Assembly (NCBI GenBank): GCA_965243205.1
Contig: CBDEUK010000002.1
Span: 320,001-384,000, forward strand
Direction: 5' to 3'
DNA: 64,000 nucleotides
Origin: Gammaproteobacteria bacterium
GTDB taxonomy: Bacteria > Pseudomonadota > Gammaproteobacteria > Eutrophobiales > Eutrophobiaceae
Shown here: positions 49,136 through 61,400 of the stretch, one piece after another
Position numbering within the stretch: position 1 is the stretch's first letter
How the letters are laid out: each line of letters opens with the position of its first letter
Notes under the pieces: model-generated
What the model saw: only the letters and a program-made list of their open reading frames with translations
What the model was told of the DNA's origin: nothing
Databases searched by the model: none
Position numbers and translations under genes: made by a program

Positions 49136-49330
49136 ATGATTATCGAAAGGATAGTAGCAATTATATTTAGCTCAATTGGGATTTATCATCTGTTAAAAGA
49201 TCCCTCTGATGGGCTTTGGTGGCTCTGGACAATAGTGTGTTTTTTTAGCTTCTTATTTCCAAGTAACAATAATTCTAAGTCTCCTAATTTTGGGGTAGAA
49301 TTTAGTGATGATTCTGATGGTGGCGATTAA
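49136..49330 (+). CDS. Small membrane protein
   Basis: Two hydrophobic segments, acidic DDSDGGD tail. Confidence 0.5.
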   Translation: MIIERIVAIIFSSIGIYHLLKDPSDGLWWLWTIVCFFSFLFPSNNNSKSPNFGVEFSDDSDGGD

Positions 49331-49355
49331 ATCTTTTTCTTATGAATAAACCAAT

Positions 49356-49694
49356 ATGAACAAATTCATTGCTATCCTTTTTGCATGCTCTTGTTTTCTT
49401 ACATCTTATATGTCTGCCAACATTTTGGGCATAGGCATGTGGTTTTGGATCATTATTATTACAGGTGTCTTTGTAGCAGCAAGCCAGTTTCATAAATCAC
49501 TTATTACCCTTGGTTCAATTGCCGCAATTTTGCTTGGTGTAATATCTATACTAGCAATATTATTAGGTTTATTGGCTGCAACAATTGGAGGTTCATTCAG
49601 GCTTAATAACCAAGAGGCAATATTATTATTTTCGTTTTTTCTAATTGCTGTATTTGGTTTTACTTTAATTATAGCAAACAGGAATCAACGTTGA
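49356..49694 (+). CDS. Small 4-TM membrane protein
   Basis: 112 aa, almost entirely hydrophobic. Confidence 0.55.
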   Translation: MNKFIAILFACSCFLTSYMSANILGIGMWFWIIIITGVFVAASQFHKSLITLGSIAAILLGVISILAILLGLLAATIGGSFRLNNQEAILLFSFFLIAVFGFTLIIANRNQR

Positions 49695-49806
49695 ATATTA
49701 TCTTTAAAGATAATATCTCTACGCATAAGAAGTCATTTCTAACGGCCTCTAAAAGTAGAGATGGAATAAATAGTACCAAACTAAAAATAATGATGATGAT
49801 TAATCT

Positions 49807-50130
49807 ATGAAACCTAATACCTGGTTTTGGATGCCTATTGTTGTTGTAATATGTTCCATAATTATATTATCTATTAATAAGTCCCCTGGTTTAGATGGGG
49901 CTGCTATGTCATTAGTATTAGTTTTCTGGTTTTTACCAACCATTATTTTTCTAATTTTTAAGATTGTTTCAAATCTAAAAGAAATAAGCTTTTCAAAAAC
50001 ACAAAAAATATTAATATTTACTATTTGGATAGTGCCTTCGATACCATTAAGTATTATGTCTTTAATGGGGATAATGATTCTTTCGGAAGTAAGCTTTGGT
50101 CTATTGGTTCGAAGTCTAGGATTTCATTAA
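49807..50130 (+). CDS. Small 3-TM membrane protein
   Basis: 107 aa hydrophobic ORF. Confidence 0.5.
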   Translation: MKPNTWFWMPIVVVICSIIILSINKSPGLDGAAMSLVLVFWFLPTIIFLIFKIVSNLKEISFSKTQKILIFTIWIVPSIPLSIMSLMGIMILSEVSFGLLVRSLGFH

Positions 50131-50581
50131 ACAATAATAATCAAAGGCCACTGTTTGAATTTTTTCTGGCGGAGGCACTTTAATTACATATAATCTCACT
50201 CCATCAACCCATTCTCTACAACCCCAAGAGTATTCCTTAATCTCTCCTGTAGAATTATCTAGAATAGGCAAAGCAGTGCCAGTCGTATTCCAACGAGTTT
50301 CAGTACCTTTTAATTTAATGGCTACACATATACTGAAAAGTATATACAAAAAGTCGAGAATTAACTGGGCTACGTTTGGAACTATGAGAGAAACCTTAGT
50401 GTTTTCTTCTGAAACCTAAGAGACCAAAAACCGTCTTTTCCTTCTATTAGGGATGATGATAGTTGCTAGTAGATAGCTATATATAACAGTATTTAGAAAT
50501 CCCTATTTTTATAGCTTAAAATTAAGAAAAATAGATAATTCTGGGGTTTAGTAAAAACGTAAAGAGTTTAGAGATTAAAGT

Positions 50582-50679
50582 AATGGTGCCGGGCCGCATC
50601 CAGAATTTTAGATTAAATCATTGATATTAAATATTTTTAGGTATATTTATGTTAAGTAATACCCCAAATCATACCCCAT
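50582..50679. repeat. tRNA-3'-end-like att remnant, copy 2, with arm-type repeats
   Basis: AATGGTGCCGGGCCGCA (reverse complement ends CCCGGCACCA); ATACCCCA twice at 50659 and 50671. Confidence 0.45.
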
Positions 50680-50717
50680 TTAAATTTATGTGTTTCAGTA
50701 ACTACTATAAAGCTTAA

Positions 50718-51029
50718 TTACGATTTTATTTCATATCCTAAAGGAAACCAAACCCCTCTTTTCGTGACATCACCCATATTATTCAGTACGTGGTTATTGT
50801 CTAAAGTGGACACATCTATATCTTCTATAATATATGCTATATGTGGTATGCAGGTATCCTCAAAAACGATCTCATTAATTAGATTAATAGCATCCGCATA
50901 ACTATAAGCACTTATACCACAGCCATGCTGCGTACCTATTGGCATACTATTAGATTCTAAATTTTTAAAATCAAACCAGTATCTTTTTAGATGAGGAGGT
51001 GGCTTTGTATTAAATACAGAGTTCAGCAT
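50718..51029 (-). CDS. Conserved hypothetical, candidate second/orphan immunity protein
   Basis: RYWF...GCGISAY...EDIDVSTLD..HV..NMG...RGVWFP; overlaps end of DUF4265 gene. Confidence 0.6.
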   Translation of the reverse strand: MLNSVFNTKPPPHLKRYWFDFKNLESNSMPIGTQHGCGISAYSYADAINLINEIVFEDTCIPHIAYIIEDIDVSTLDNNHVLNNMGDVTKRGVWFPLGYEIKS

Positions 51030-51450
51030 AACTTATTTTGCCTAATGATTCTTCTGCATCTAAATAAGCTGTAATTTCATTATATTCATTGCTACTATCA
51101 ACTGAAACAGCCAGCATATTAAAACCATCAAACTCGCCATATTCACAATAACAATCTTTTTCTTTTAAATATTCATAAATTTTATTTTTACATTCATCAT
51201 GAATAAATATAATTGAAATAGATTTATTGCCACTTGGAGTGATTACATTTTCAAAAATATAATTATGATCATGTTCATCCTTGCTACAGGAAATAATATC
51301 TCCAACCGCAACACACTCAGCAAAAAAAGGTGTATTGTCTAATTCAATTTTACCATCATCTCGTAAACGGGCATTTAATGTCTCGATAGCTATAGGAGGA
51401 AAACCATCTTCTATAATTTCTAGCTCAAAATTTACTTTAATGTTACCCAT
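51010..51450 (-). CDS. DUF4265-like acidic protein, putative cognate immunity
   Basis: ETLNA...LDNTPFFA..VAVGDII...SGN; directly downstream of the HNH toxin. Confidence 0.7.
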   Translation of the reverse strand: MGNIKVNFELEIIEDGFPPIAIETLNARLRDDGKIELDNTPFFAECVAVGDIISCSKDEHDHNYIFENVITPSGNKSISIIFIHDECKNKIYEYLKEKDCYCEYGEFDGFNMLAVSVDSSNEYNEITAYLDAEESLGKISYAELCI

Positions 51451-51468
51451 TAACTATAATCTCTTAGC

Positions 51469-52389
51469 TTAGTTATTACTTTTTTTGTTATTACAACTAG
51501 CACATTTAATATCAATATTTCTTTGATCTTTTACAGTCGCGCCATCACCATTTTTTGAACGCGCGATTTTATGATCGCCTTGACCTTCACGAGGATCTAC
51601 TTTACTACCTTTAGTACGCCTTGTGGTAGGTGTAGTTTTAACACCACAAGTTTCACATAATACATCGCCATTATTTTTTGCCGCATTTCTTTTTTTAGCT
51701 TCTTTTATAGCTCCTCTAGTATGTTTTTTACCTGCTCTTGGCCCATTCGCAGCACCTTTAATTGCTTTTTTTATAATTGCTGTAGTTGCACCTTTACCAG
51801 GATTAATATTACTTACAGTATCAATTCCTTCAGCAATTCTGACTCCAGATTCAATAAAAACTCTATTTCCAAAATTACCTATTTCTATAGCTTGTTCTAT
51901 AGACATACCTCTTCGATTCATATGAATCGAAGTGCCAAGAGCTCCATCAGGGTCAATGAATTTATAAGGGTTGTTATATGCATACGCATAACGATTAAAT
52001 AATTGAATATTTATATCAATCCCATCAAGAGCACTGATAGGATCCATGCTCATGAAGCGCCCTATTTCAGGGTTATAGTAACGCGCTCCGTAGTAACTGA
52101 GCTCCAGATCATCATCGTATGGTTTGCCGGTATAGTATAAATCGTTATCTTCTGTGGCGGCCGCGGTGTTTTCTTTACGAGAACCGTATGGTCGATAACT
52201 TTCTGTCCACACTAAATTTCCATCGTTATCTGATGCGCCAATAACTGAACCTAATGCATCCGTGTGATAATACGTAATCGTTACATCAGCTTGTGCTGTT
52301 ACTACAAAGAACGATAAGAAACCTATTAAGGCTTTACTGAGGTATCGCTTGGTCATTGTGTTAATGGAATTAAGTAAACTCTTCATCAT
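51469..52389 (-). CDS. Signal-peptide Rhs-associated core domain plus C-terminal HNH nuclease toxin
   Basis: AAGGAAG RBS before ATG 52389; AQA cleavage then YYHTDALGS, YRPYG, YYGARYYNPEIGRFMSMDP, YAYAYNNPYKFIDPDG; CETC...DHKIARSKNG...CASCNNKKS. Confidence 0.88.
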   Translation of the reverse strand: MMKSLLNSINTMTKRYLSKALIGFLSFFVVTAQADVTITYYHTDALGSVIGASDNDGNLVWTESYRPYGSRKENTAAATEDNDLYYTGKPYDDDLELSYYGARYYNPEIGRFMSMDPISALDGIDINIQLFNRYAYAYNNPYKFIDPDGALGTSIHMNRRGMSIEQAIEIGNFGNRVFIESGVRIAEGIDTVSNINPGKGATTAIIKKAIKGAANGPRAGKKHTRGAIKEAKKRNAAKNNGDVLCETCGVKTTPTTRRTKGSKVDPREGQGDHKIARSKNGDGATVKDQRNIDIKCASCNNKKSNN

Positions 52390-52412
52390 TTGGCTTCCTT
52401 TAGTCATAAGGC

Positions 52413-55400
52413 TCATGGCACCATCCCCTCAAACGTTGTCTGGTTCCACACGGTCCCATCATTAAACTCTATCCTATCTATCGCGTGCGGCTTATCGCTG
52501 CCATCGAAACTGTAATAGTATTCAATTTTTATCGAATCGCCGTTGGTGTGATGTAAGTACATATGGTCGATGTCACGAGTGAAACTGATATCACTTGGAT
52601 TGATGCCGACACCAAAGCGGAAGATATCCACAGTGTGGTATTGCCATTCTGTATTGCTCACAACGTCTGAGCCCCAACCCACATCAAAGTGATAAATGTC
52701 ATTACCATCACCACCACTTAATGTATCGTTCCCAGTGTTACCTATCACGACATCATCGCCGTTGTAAGCATAGATGGTGTCATTGCCGGCAAGGCCATCC
52801 AAGGTATCGGCGTGGGATGAGCCGGCTATCATCGCATCATCACCGGTTGTCGTAACGGCCATGAAGCCTTCGAACGTCGCTTTATCCCACACCGTGCTAT
52901 CAGCAAACTCAATGCGGTCAATGGCGTGCGGTTCATCCGTTCCATCCAAATTAAAATGGTAGCGAACTTCGATTGAATCACCGTTGGTATGCGCGATATA
53001 TAAATGCTCTTCATCACGTGTAAAGGTGATGTCGCTTGGATTAATACCGGTACCAAAGCGTATGATGTCGGTTGTGTGATATTGCCACTCGGTATTTTGG
53101 ATAATGTCCGTGCCCCAACCGGTATCAAAGTGATAAGTATCATTGCCATCACCACCGGCTAAGGTATCGTTACCATCACCGCCGATGAGTGTGTCATCAC
53201 CATTGTAAGCTTCAATCGTGTCATTGCCGGCAAGGCCATTCAAGGTATCGGCGTGAGAGGTTCCGGCGATCATCGTATCATCACCCGTTGTGGCAACAGC
53301 CATAAAGTCTTCAAACGTCGCTTTATCCCAGACCGTACCATCGTCAAACTCAATGACATCAATGGCGTGTGGCTCATCCGTTCCATCCAAATTAAAATGA
53401 TACTGAACTTCAATCGAATCACCGTTGGTGTGAGTGATGTGTAAATGCTCTTCATCACGTGTGATGGTAATGTCATTTGGATTAATGCCCGTACTAAAAC
53501 GGATGGTGTCCACAGTATCGTAGTGCCACTCGGTATTCTGAATAATGTCCGTGCCCCAACCGCTATCAAACACGTACAAATCATTGCCATAACTTCCTAT
53601 CAAGGTGTCATCACCCGGACCACCGTTTAAGAGATCATCACCATCATAGCCATTGAGTACATCGTTACCGGCCAAACCATTTAAGGTATCAGAGTGTGAC
53701 CCGCCTTCTAAGGTATCATGACCAATCGTTGCAATAGCCAACATGCCTTCAAACGTACTCTTATCCCATACCGTGCCATCGTCAAACTCTATGATATGGA
53801 TCGCATACGGTTCATCCCCCGTATCAACAATAAAATGATAAGACACCCGAATGCTATCGCCATTACTGTGCGTCAGGTATAGATGCTCATCATCACGGCT
53901 CACCGTAATGTCGCTTGGACTAATGCCACTGCCAAATCGAATGGTCTCCACATTGTTAACGCTCCACTCTTCATTGTTCACAATGTCAGACCCCCAACCG
54001 ATTTCAAACAAGTACACATCATTCCCAGCACCTGCGTTCAACGTATCATTGCCCGCACCGCCGTTCACCACATCATCACCCGCTGTACCGTCCAAAGTAT
54101 CATTGCCACTGGTACCTACCACGGTGCCAGAGCCGGTGCTTGCATTTGTAACCGTCACCGTAATTGTTGCATCGCTGCTTAAACCACCACTGTCCGTCGC
54201 ACTCGCCGTAATGGTATGCGTACCAATACTCAACACCGTATTGTTAAAGTTACCCGTACCTATCGCACCATCGATACTGGAAGTCCAATTAAGCGATGGG
54301 CCAAGATTGCCATCCTCAACATCGTTGGCAGTGCCAATGAAGATCATACTCGAACCTTGAACCACACTGGCCCCGGAGCTTGGGATAGTGATGTTCACTG
54401 TGGGTGCTGTATTCGTTACATCATTTACATCGGTGACGATAACCCGGACCAATTGCGAGGTTAATTCAACCCCATCGCTTGCTTCTAACAATACATTATA
54501 TTCGTTGTCCCCTTCCGTATCCGTTGGCGTTTCAAAGTCAGGGGCTGTGGCAAAACTTAAATTGCCACTCGCATCGATGCTAAAAGCATCATGGTCAGTA
54601 GAGAATTCTTCATGCACTGTAGAATCACTGATACGAAAACTCACTGCAGCCGATTCTGGATCCGTGGCCGCCAATGCCATCACGCTCATGGTGTTCTCTG
54701 GAATGCTGACGGCACTTGCACTGCTGATCACCGGCCCATCGTTCACACCATGAATGGTGATGGTAACTGATGAGTTGGAAGTTAACCCTTCGTCATCCGA
54801 CATCGTGTAACCAACCACCACTTCGGCGGTTTGTCCGGCAAGTAAGGCATCAAAATCAGTGCCTGGATCGAATTTTAGATAGCGACCACCCTCGATGGAA
54901 ACCGTGCCCTGACCATTACCATTCACATGAGTGTGGGCATCCAACGAGAACGTCTCCACCGTATCCTCTGCATTGGGATCTGTATCATTGGCCAACACAT
55001 CAATGTACAACGGCACTTCCTCTCCAGGACGGTAGATGCGCATGGCAACGCCGGAACGATCATCATCCCCTGTCGCAGGATCCCAACTGTCCCATAGGAA
55101 TGCAACGTCACCGTTTTCAAGTTGTTTCATATACGGTCGTTCTTGATAACTTGTACCATGTATATTGATTTTCTCTATCTCGCCAATCAAGTCACCATTA
55201 TTATCGTATCTGACAGCCGATATCTCAGAACCCGCAGCGGCCGCCATGAATCCTCCACTGGATAAAGCAAGCAGTGCAGGATCACGACCGTTACTTATGA
55301 CAAAAGGGGTATCAATATTATTGTAGGTTGACCCATCAAGGAGTTGTGCTTCAATTCTTCCGAATTGTTCGCCATGTGCAGGATCTAGATTTATATGATT

Positions 55401-58400
55401 CCAGACTACGATATAGTTATCGTTCGATAACTTTTGAATCTTAGGCTTTGGACTAGTTCGAAGCGCATGATGGTTGCTTGTGATAACGTGTCTGCCGGTT
55501 AAAATCGGCGTACCATCAGCCTCATAACGTTTTAATATTATTTCGGTATCACTGCCGATGCTATAAACATTGGTATGCGCTGGGTAAAGGACACCAAAGC
55601 CTCCTTCAGGAAGAGCAATCAGTTCAGGAGCATAATGATCAGCATTAGGATCTTCACTGACGAGAAAAGCATCCGTTAAAGCATTGCCGCTCTGATCAAA
55701 CACCCTGGCCATCACATTGAATACGGCAAATTCACCACTTGGAACGGCTCTAAACACACTCCAAGCTGCAACGATGTTGCCATTGTTTAATTGAGTGTAT
55801 TTAATAGATAGTAAGATGAGACCATAAAGATCTTGCGGTTGAAGTTGATAAACCGAGATATCGTTGATTTCATCTTTAGCCTCATTATATACCTTGGCTC
55901 TGCGATCATTACCCAAAGTATACGAAGAGATGTAACCTCCATTTGCTAATTTTTGAAGTCGATCATCGGTGTACTCAAGACCATCTTTTGTACCATCAAG
56001 ATTAAAGTTTTGAGCAAAGGCCGTAGAGCCATCCTCATTAAGCCATCTCACCTTAAACTGTTGGTTCGGCAAATCGTGAATAGAATTACTCCATTGAATG
56101 CCTGCCGTTGTGGTATTGACCAGTTGCTCAGTTGGAAGACGCGCATTGATGGTATCTGCTACCGCTACTGGATTTAGATTAGCTAAGTTAACTGTTAGAT
56201 TAATAGAGTCATTTCGTATAATACCTAGGCTGTCCGTTACTGAAGCAGTAATTTCATGTTCACCAACAGTTAATGTGTTTATATTAATCGTCGTGCCAGA
56301 ACCTATTGGACCATCAATATTTGATTGCCATTGAATATTAGTAATTGGTGATTGGGTATATGTATCAAATGACGTTGCTGTGAAAGTAATTACGTTGTCA
56401 CTAGTAAATGTCGCGTTATTCACAGGACTGGTGATAGATACCGTTGTAGGTGAACTCGGAGGTCCTCCTCTTCTTATAAAATTATAATTACTGCCAATCA
56501 TGACAGAGTTCAGTTGACTCTCATAAAACCGAAAGGCCGCCACTTCACCTTCAAAATTGGTAACATTTGCTGAACCGATATTGATATCGCCATTAACTTG
56601 TCCAAGACCAGTATCATTGCTATCGGCCCAGTCGTTTAGTGAAGTTGAGAAATCAGAAGTAATAAATTGGCCATTAATATACAAAGCTATGAAACCTCCC
56701 CCGCTACCCTCATCTCCTACATTTTTTGTATATGTTCCTACTACTTGAATAAATTCGTTTGTTACCTCAGCAGAGCTACCCAATATAGAGGATAAGTCCC
56801 CAGTTAAAGCGAGTGTTGTACTACTGTTTTTTACAATGAATTGTATATCATCGTGTTCTCCATCATTATCTTCATCTGTCATAATAATTGCGGTACCATC
56901 ATTTGTAGATCCTGTTTCAAAAATAACATCCGTGTCTAAGATGTCACTAGGCTTGAACCAAACCTCAAATGTGGCACTTTCGTCTGTCGGATCACCCTGA
57001 ATACCTTGAAAATCAATCGTTGTTGCTCCATTCGAGCCATTAAACTCCAAGGATTTAGTAATACCGATAAGAGATGTAATAGGTGAGGAATTAATTAAAC
57101 CTCCATTAATAAAATCATACCCTGTCAAGTTTGTTAAATTATTCCATATCCCATCTGAAGGTTCTGGTTCAACAGAGCTTTCATAATTCAAGGTAAAGGA
57201 AGCATCTAATGAACCTAAGTCAACTTCTTTTATAGTAATGGCTTTTGCAGCTGTTCGTTGTATACCTAAACTATCAACAACCGATGCAGTAATAAGATGG
57301 TTATTGACCGACAATGAATTTGTATTTATCGAGGGACCAGTACCAATCACACCATCAAAATTAGATGACCACTCAATTAACGAACTGATGTTTCCATCAT
57401 AGTAATCAATCGCACTTGCTGCAAAGTTAATGTTTGTACCAAATTCTTCTGAAATGAAGCCAATGGTAGCAGGCTCAGTAATATCAATTATTGATTTACA
57501 TCGAGTATTAGTGATAGTGACATTTGGAATTAATGTTTTTAAAATTTCAACATGTTGACAGACATACTCGTTAGATACGTTTGTACTATGTGTACTTAGC
57601 CATAAATTTGATAAATTTGTTGGGATGCGCTGATGAAGGCTAACTACATCTGCTAGTGGATTACCTCCAACTATTAGAGACACCAAATTATTTAAATTTG
57701 AAACATTAATATCAGTAAGTAAATTATTTTGAATCCATATAATTCCTAAATTATTTAGCCCGGAAAAATCTACGATGGCTAATTCATTATTATCAAGATT
57801 TAAACTACTGAGAGAAGGCAAATTACTAAACGATACACTGGATATTCGATTATTATTAGCATTTAATATCGAGAGTGATTGAATATTACTGATACTTAAT
57901 GTGGATAGATTATTAAAGTCTAAATATAGTCTTTCTAATGAGTTCAATGATTGTAATGTTATTGGATTTATACTTTCCAAACTATTAGCTCTAATATTTA
58001 AAATCTTTAAATTAGTTAAATTTGAAAGGCCAATAATATCGTCGATTGAAACAAATGAATTATAACTTAAATTCAATACATTCAAGTTAGGAAGCCCAGA
58101 TAAATTTATTGTAGAAAGAGGATTTTGACGAAAAGAAAAATCTGGAGTCAATATTAGTTCTTTTAAATTTGGCAAATCATTAATTGTTACTTGATTAAGA
58201 TTTTTTGAGTCTATACTTATTATCTCCAAGGCTTTTAAAGCTTCTAAACCAATTAAATTTGTAACATTAATATTCCCTCGACAGGTTAAGTATTTTACAT
58301 CTGATATATATTCAAATGAATTATTTGTTCTAATTGTGGAATCAAAACATTCTGACAAACCTGAGTTTGTAGGGAGTTGGAAATCAGTTATTAGTGTATC

Positions 58401-61400
58401 AGGAAAGATTTCAGTAATATTAACATTCGCAGTTAATTCATATATACCGTCAGAAATTGTATAACTAAATGAGTCCGAAGATATATTGCCAGGATCAGTA
58501 TAAGAAACAGAATTATCAGTGAATGTTATAGAACCACCATTAACACCTTGAGTGACTGATATTATCTTTAGTCCTCGTCCGTCGACATCCGTGTCATTTG
58601 ATAGCACATCAATTAGGTTAGATTTTCCTTCAAAAGCTATAACACTATCATCTTGTACTATAGGTGATGATAAATCACATTCGATTGGAGTAATGTCATC
58701 ACGTTTAGCCAACAGCAATGAACCAATATGAATATAATTTGTATTTTTACAGTTAGTCTCATCACGTTCATATCTTAATTGGCCGAATTTACTATAGATA
58801 TAATGTTTAGTGTAATTTTCTCGAAATGATGAAGTTTCACTTTCAACGGTTCGTTGATTATTTCCATCGTATATAAATAATTTATTGTATAAGATTTGAT
58901 TAAAACTATTAGTATTAGTAGCAGCTGTTAAATTTGAACCATCATCATAAATATATTCTTTTCTAGATTGTTCCGTCCTAAATCCATCTAGTTCAGTTTT
59001 TAACCAATCATCTTTTGAATCTTTTATAATATTTCCATAATTATCATATGAATAGATTGAACGAATTACTGATGAGTTTCCATTCCATCGATAAAATTCA
59101 TCAAGTTTGCCAGAAGTATCATAAACATAATCCGTATTTTGATGTTGAAAACCATTGCTATGGTTATTGGTTCTTGCTGTAATATCTCCTTTGTAATTAT
59201 AATGGAGTTTATTATTATCATAAGTTGCACAATTAACATTAAAAGTAGGTTGCGCTATAACAAGCCTATCCATGCCGTCATAACACATGCTTCCCATATG
59301 AATATTAGTGCTACCCAAATCGGTTATGTTTTCAACATTGCCACTCTCGTCATAACTATAACCAATATTAATTAAGTTCCCTGATAAATTATCAACATTA
59401 ATTGAACCTGTGAATAATCTAGGCGTAAGTGTGGTCGTTGTGATTTGTCCATTAACTGATTCATATCGATGGATATTACCATTGGCATGATAGGTGATGT
59501 TTTCAGCATAAATCTCAGAAGGAGTGGTATCGTTAATGGCTTGAGAAGGACGGCCTAAATTATCAGGTAAATAATTTATATCAACACCATTAGGATAAAT
59601 GATGTGTGATAATGTATCTAACGAATCGTATTGATAAGTCAATCGATAGGTTTCAAGTCCACTATCGGTTGTTAGTCTTAACTCTTCATAATTTAAATTA
59701 TCATTTTTATCGTAATCGTATTCCCAATAAGTTGTACCTTTGGTTATGGATTTGACGTTGCTATTTTTGTCATAAACATAATCTAAATCAGTTGTGCTGT
59801 TTGGATAATTGATAAAGTCTAATCGATTTAAATCATCGTAAACGTAAATGGTTTGAGGAGAACTGCCAACAGTTGAAGAAGTAACGTTGCCAACTAAATC
59901 ATGTCCATAAATTGTAGTTCCAGTTTCAGGGTTTATTTCATTATTTAAAAAATATTTACTATTATATTGATAAGTTCTTTCAACTATATTCGTAAATGAT
60001 GTGCATTGATCTTCTCCTTCGGCTGATGCATCTACTGCTTGCCTAATCTTAGTGATTTGATTAAGTACATTGTACTGAATTTCAGTACAGATATTTTCAG
60101 GAGAAGCTATATAACGAGGCACTCTGTCTTTATTAGGATGTCCAAAAGAACGATAGAATGTAACAGTTTCAAACCCTCTTTCATTCGTTTCGATAACTTC
60201 TTTTCCAGCTTTATAATCATATGTTCTAAAACTGGCATCAGGATGAGTAATTTTTGTGGTTCTGTTGATTGTATCGTATTCGTAAGTAGTACCATCAGTC
60301 GTTGAATTTGGATAGGACTCAAAGACTTTTCTACCATATTCATCGTAATCAATAATGGTTTCGATGACATTAACATTAGAAGCATTAATTGGGCTCAAGT
60401 CTTCTCTGGTCTTTTTAATTTCTCGCCCAAACCCATCAAACAAAACGGTTTCTTTATAATTACCTCGAGTTAAAATTTTACTGGTGCTAGTCCAATTAAT
60501 TGAAACAGCTGCACTACCGACTTTTGGAAAAGTAATTCCAGTTAAACGATTACGGCCATCATACGAAAAATCCTTCTGATGTCCCTCAGCATAACCTCTT
60601 CCATCTCGTATCCAATCGACGGTTCCTTTTGTATTGACACTTCTTTGTATCGTGACTGATTCAGGATGAATTTCAAGTTGTGCAATTCCTCTTGAATAAT
60701 TACTTTTAGTAGTTGTATGTGAGTTTGCATCTTTAATCGTATGAACATTACCACTCGTATCATAAGTGTAGCTTGTCTTAACGCCGTTAACAGTTTCAGA
60801 TTGAAGACGGCCTGTATTAAAAAAATCTCTATCGATTGTTGATGTTTCACCACTCAATGTGGTTGTTTCATCTTTAGCTAAACCAATGATCCAATGATTA
60901 TCAGGATCAGTAAAATATGAAATCGTCGTTACTTTGTCATCAGTACTATCAAGTCCATCTGTTTCTATAATTTCTGTTGGATTACCAAACTCATCATGTC
61001 CATTGTAGTAGGTAAAATGAGCGCCAGTATTTCCATCATAGGTAATGTCTGTATCCAATAATACAGGCGCATAACTATTCGTATCGACCTCACCTTCATT
61101 ACCATGGAAATAATTTTCACGTGAAATAATTCGCTTGCCCCATCTATTGGCTCTTCGTTCTAATAAATCATTATTTGAGGAATATATTTTTTTAGTAATC
61201 AGTAAACCATTCGCCCAGACATTATTTAGTCCAGTCAAATTTGCACCTTGATGAACAAACTCTTCACGAGAACCGTCAGGATGATTTATGACAGTTTTAT
61301 CGGCATCTTGCACTACGCCTGTATCTCCTAGGGTTGGTACTGAGGCTGGTTGAAAATCGTATGTCCATGTTGCAGTATCTATTTGACGACCAGAAATCTT

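Noticed and set aside
50116-50349. 77-aa minus-strand ORF
   Set aside because: No RBS or recognisable family; could be a gene remnant but cannot be supported.
48866-50598. tRNA genes
   Set aside because: Only about 10-17 nt resemble a tRNA 3' end; there is no T-loop or cloverleaf.
50630-50657. Third dif-like site (GTATAT-TTATGTTAAGT)
   Set aside because: Only the XerD-like half matches, the XerC side is absent, and the context is very AT-rich.
52413-52416. Frameshifted single Rhs gene
   Set aside because: About 6 kb of in-frame adhesin domains and a fresh RBS plus signal peptide separate cage and core, so a simple frameshift cannot explain the split.
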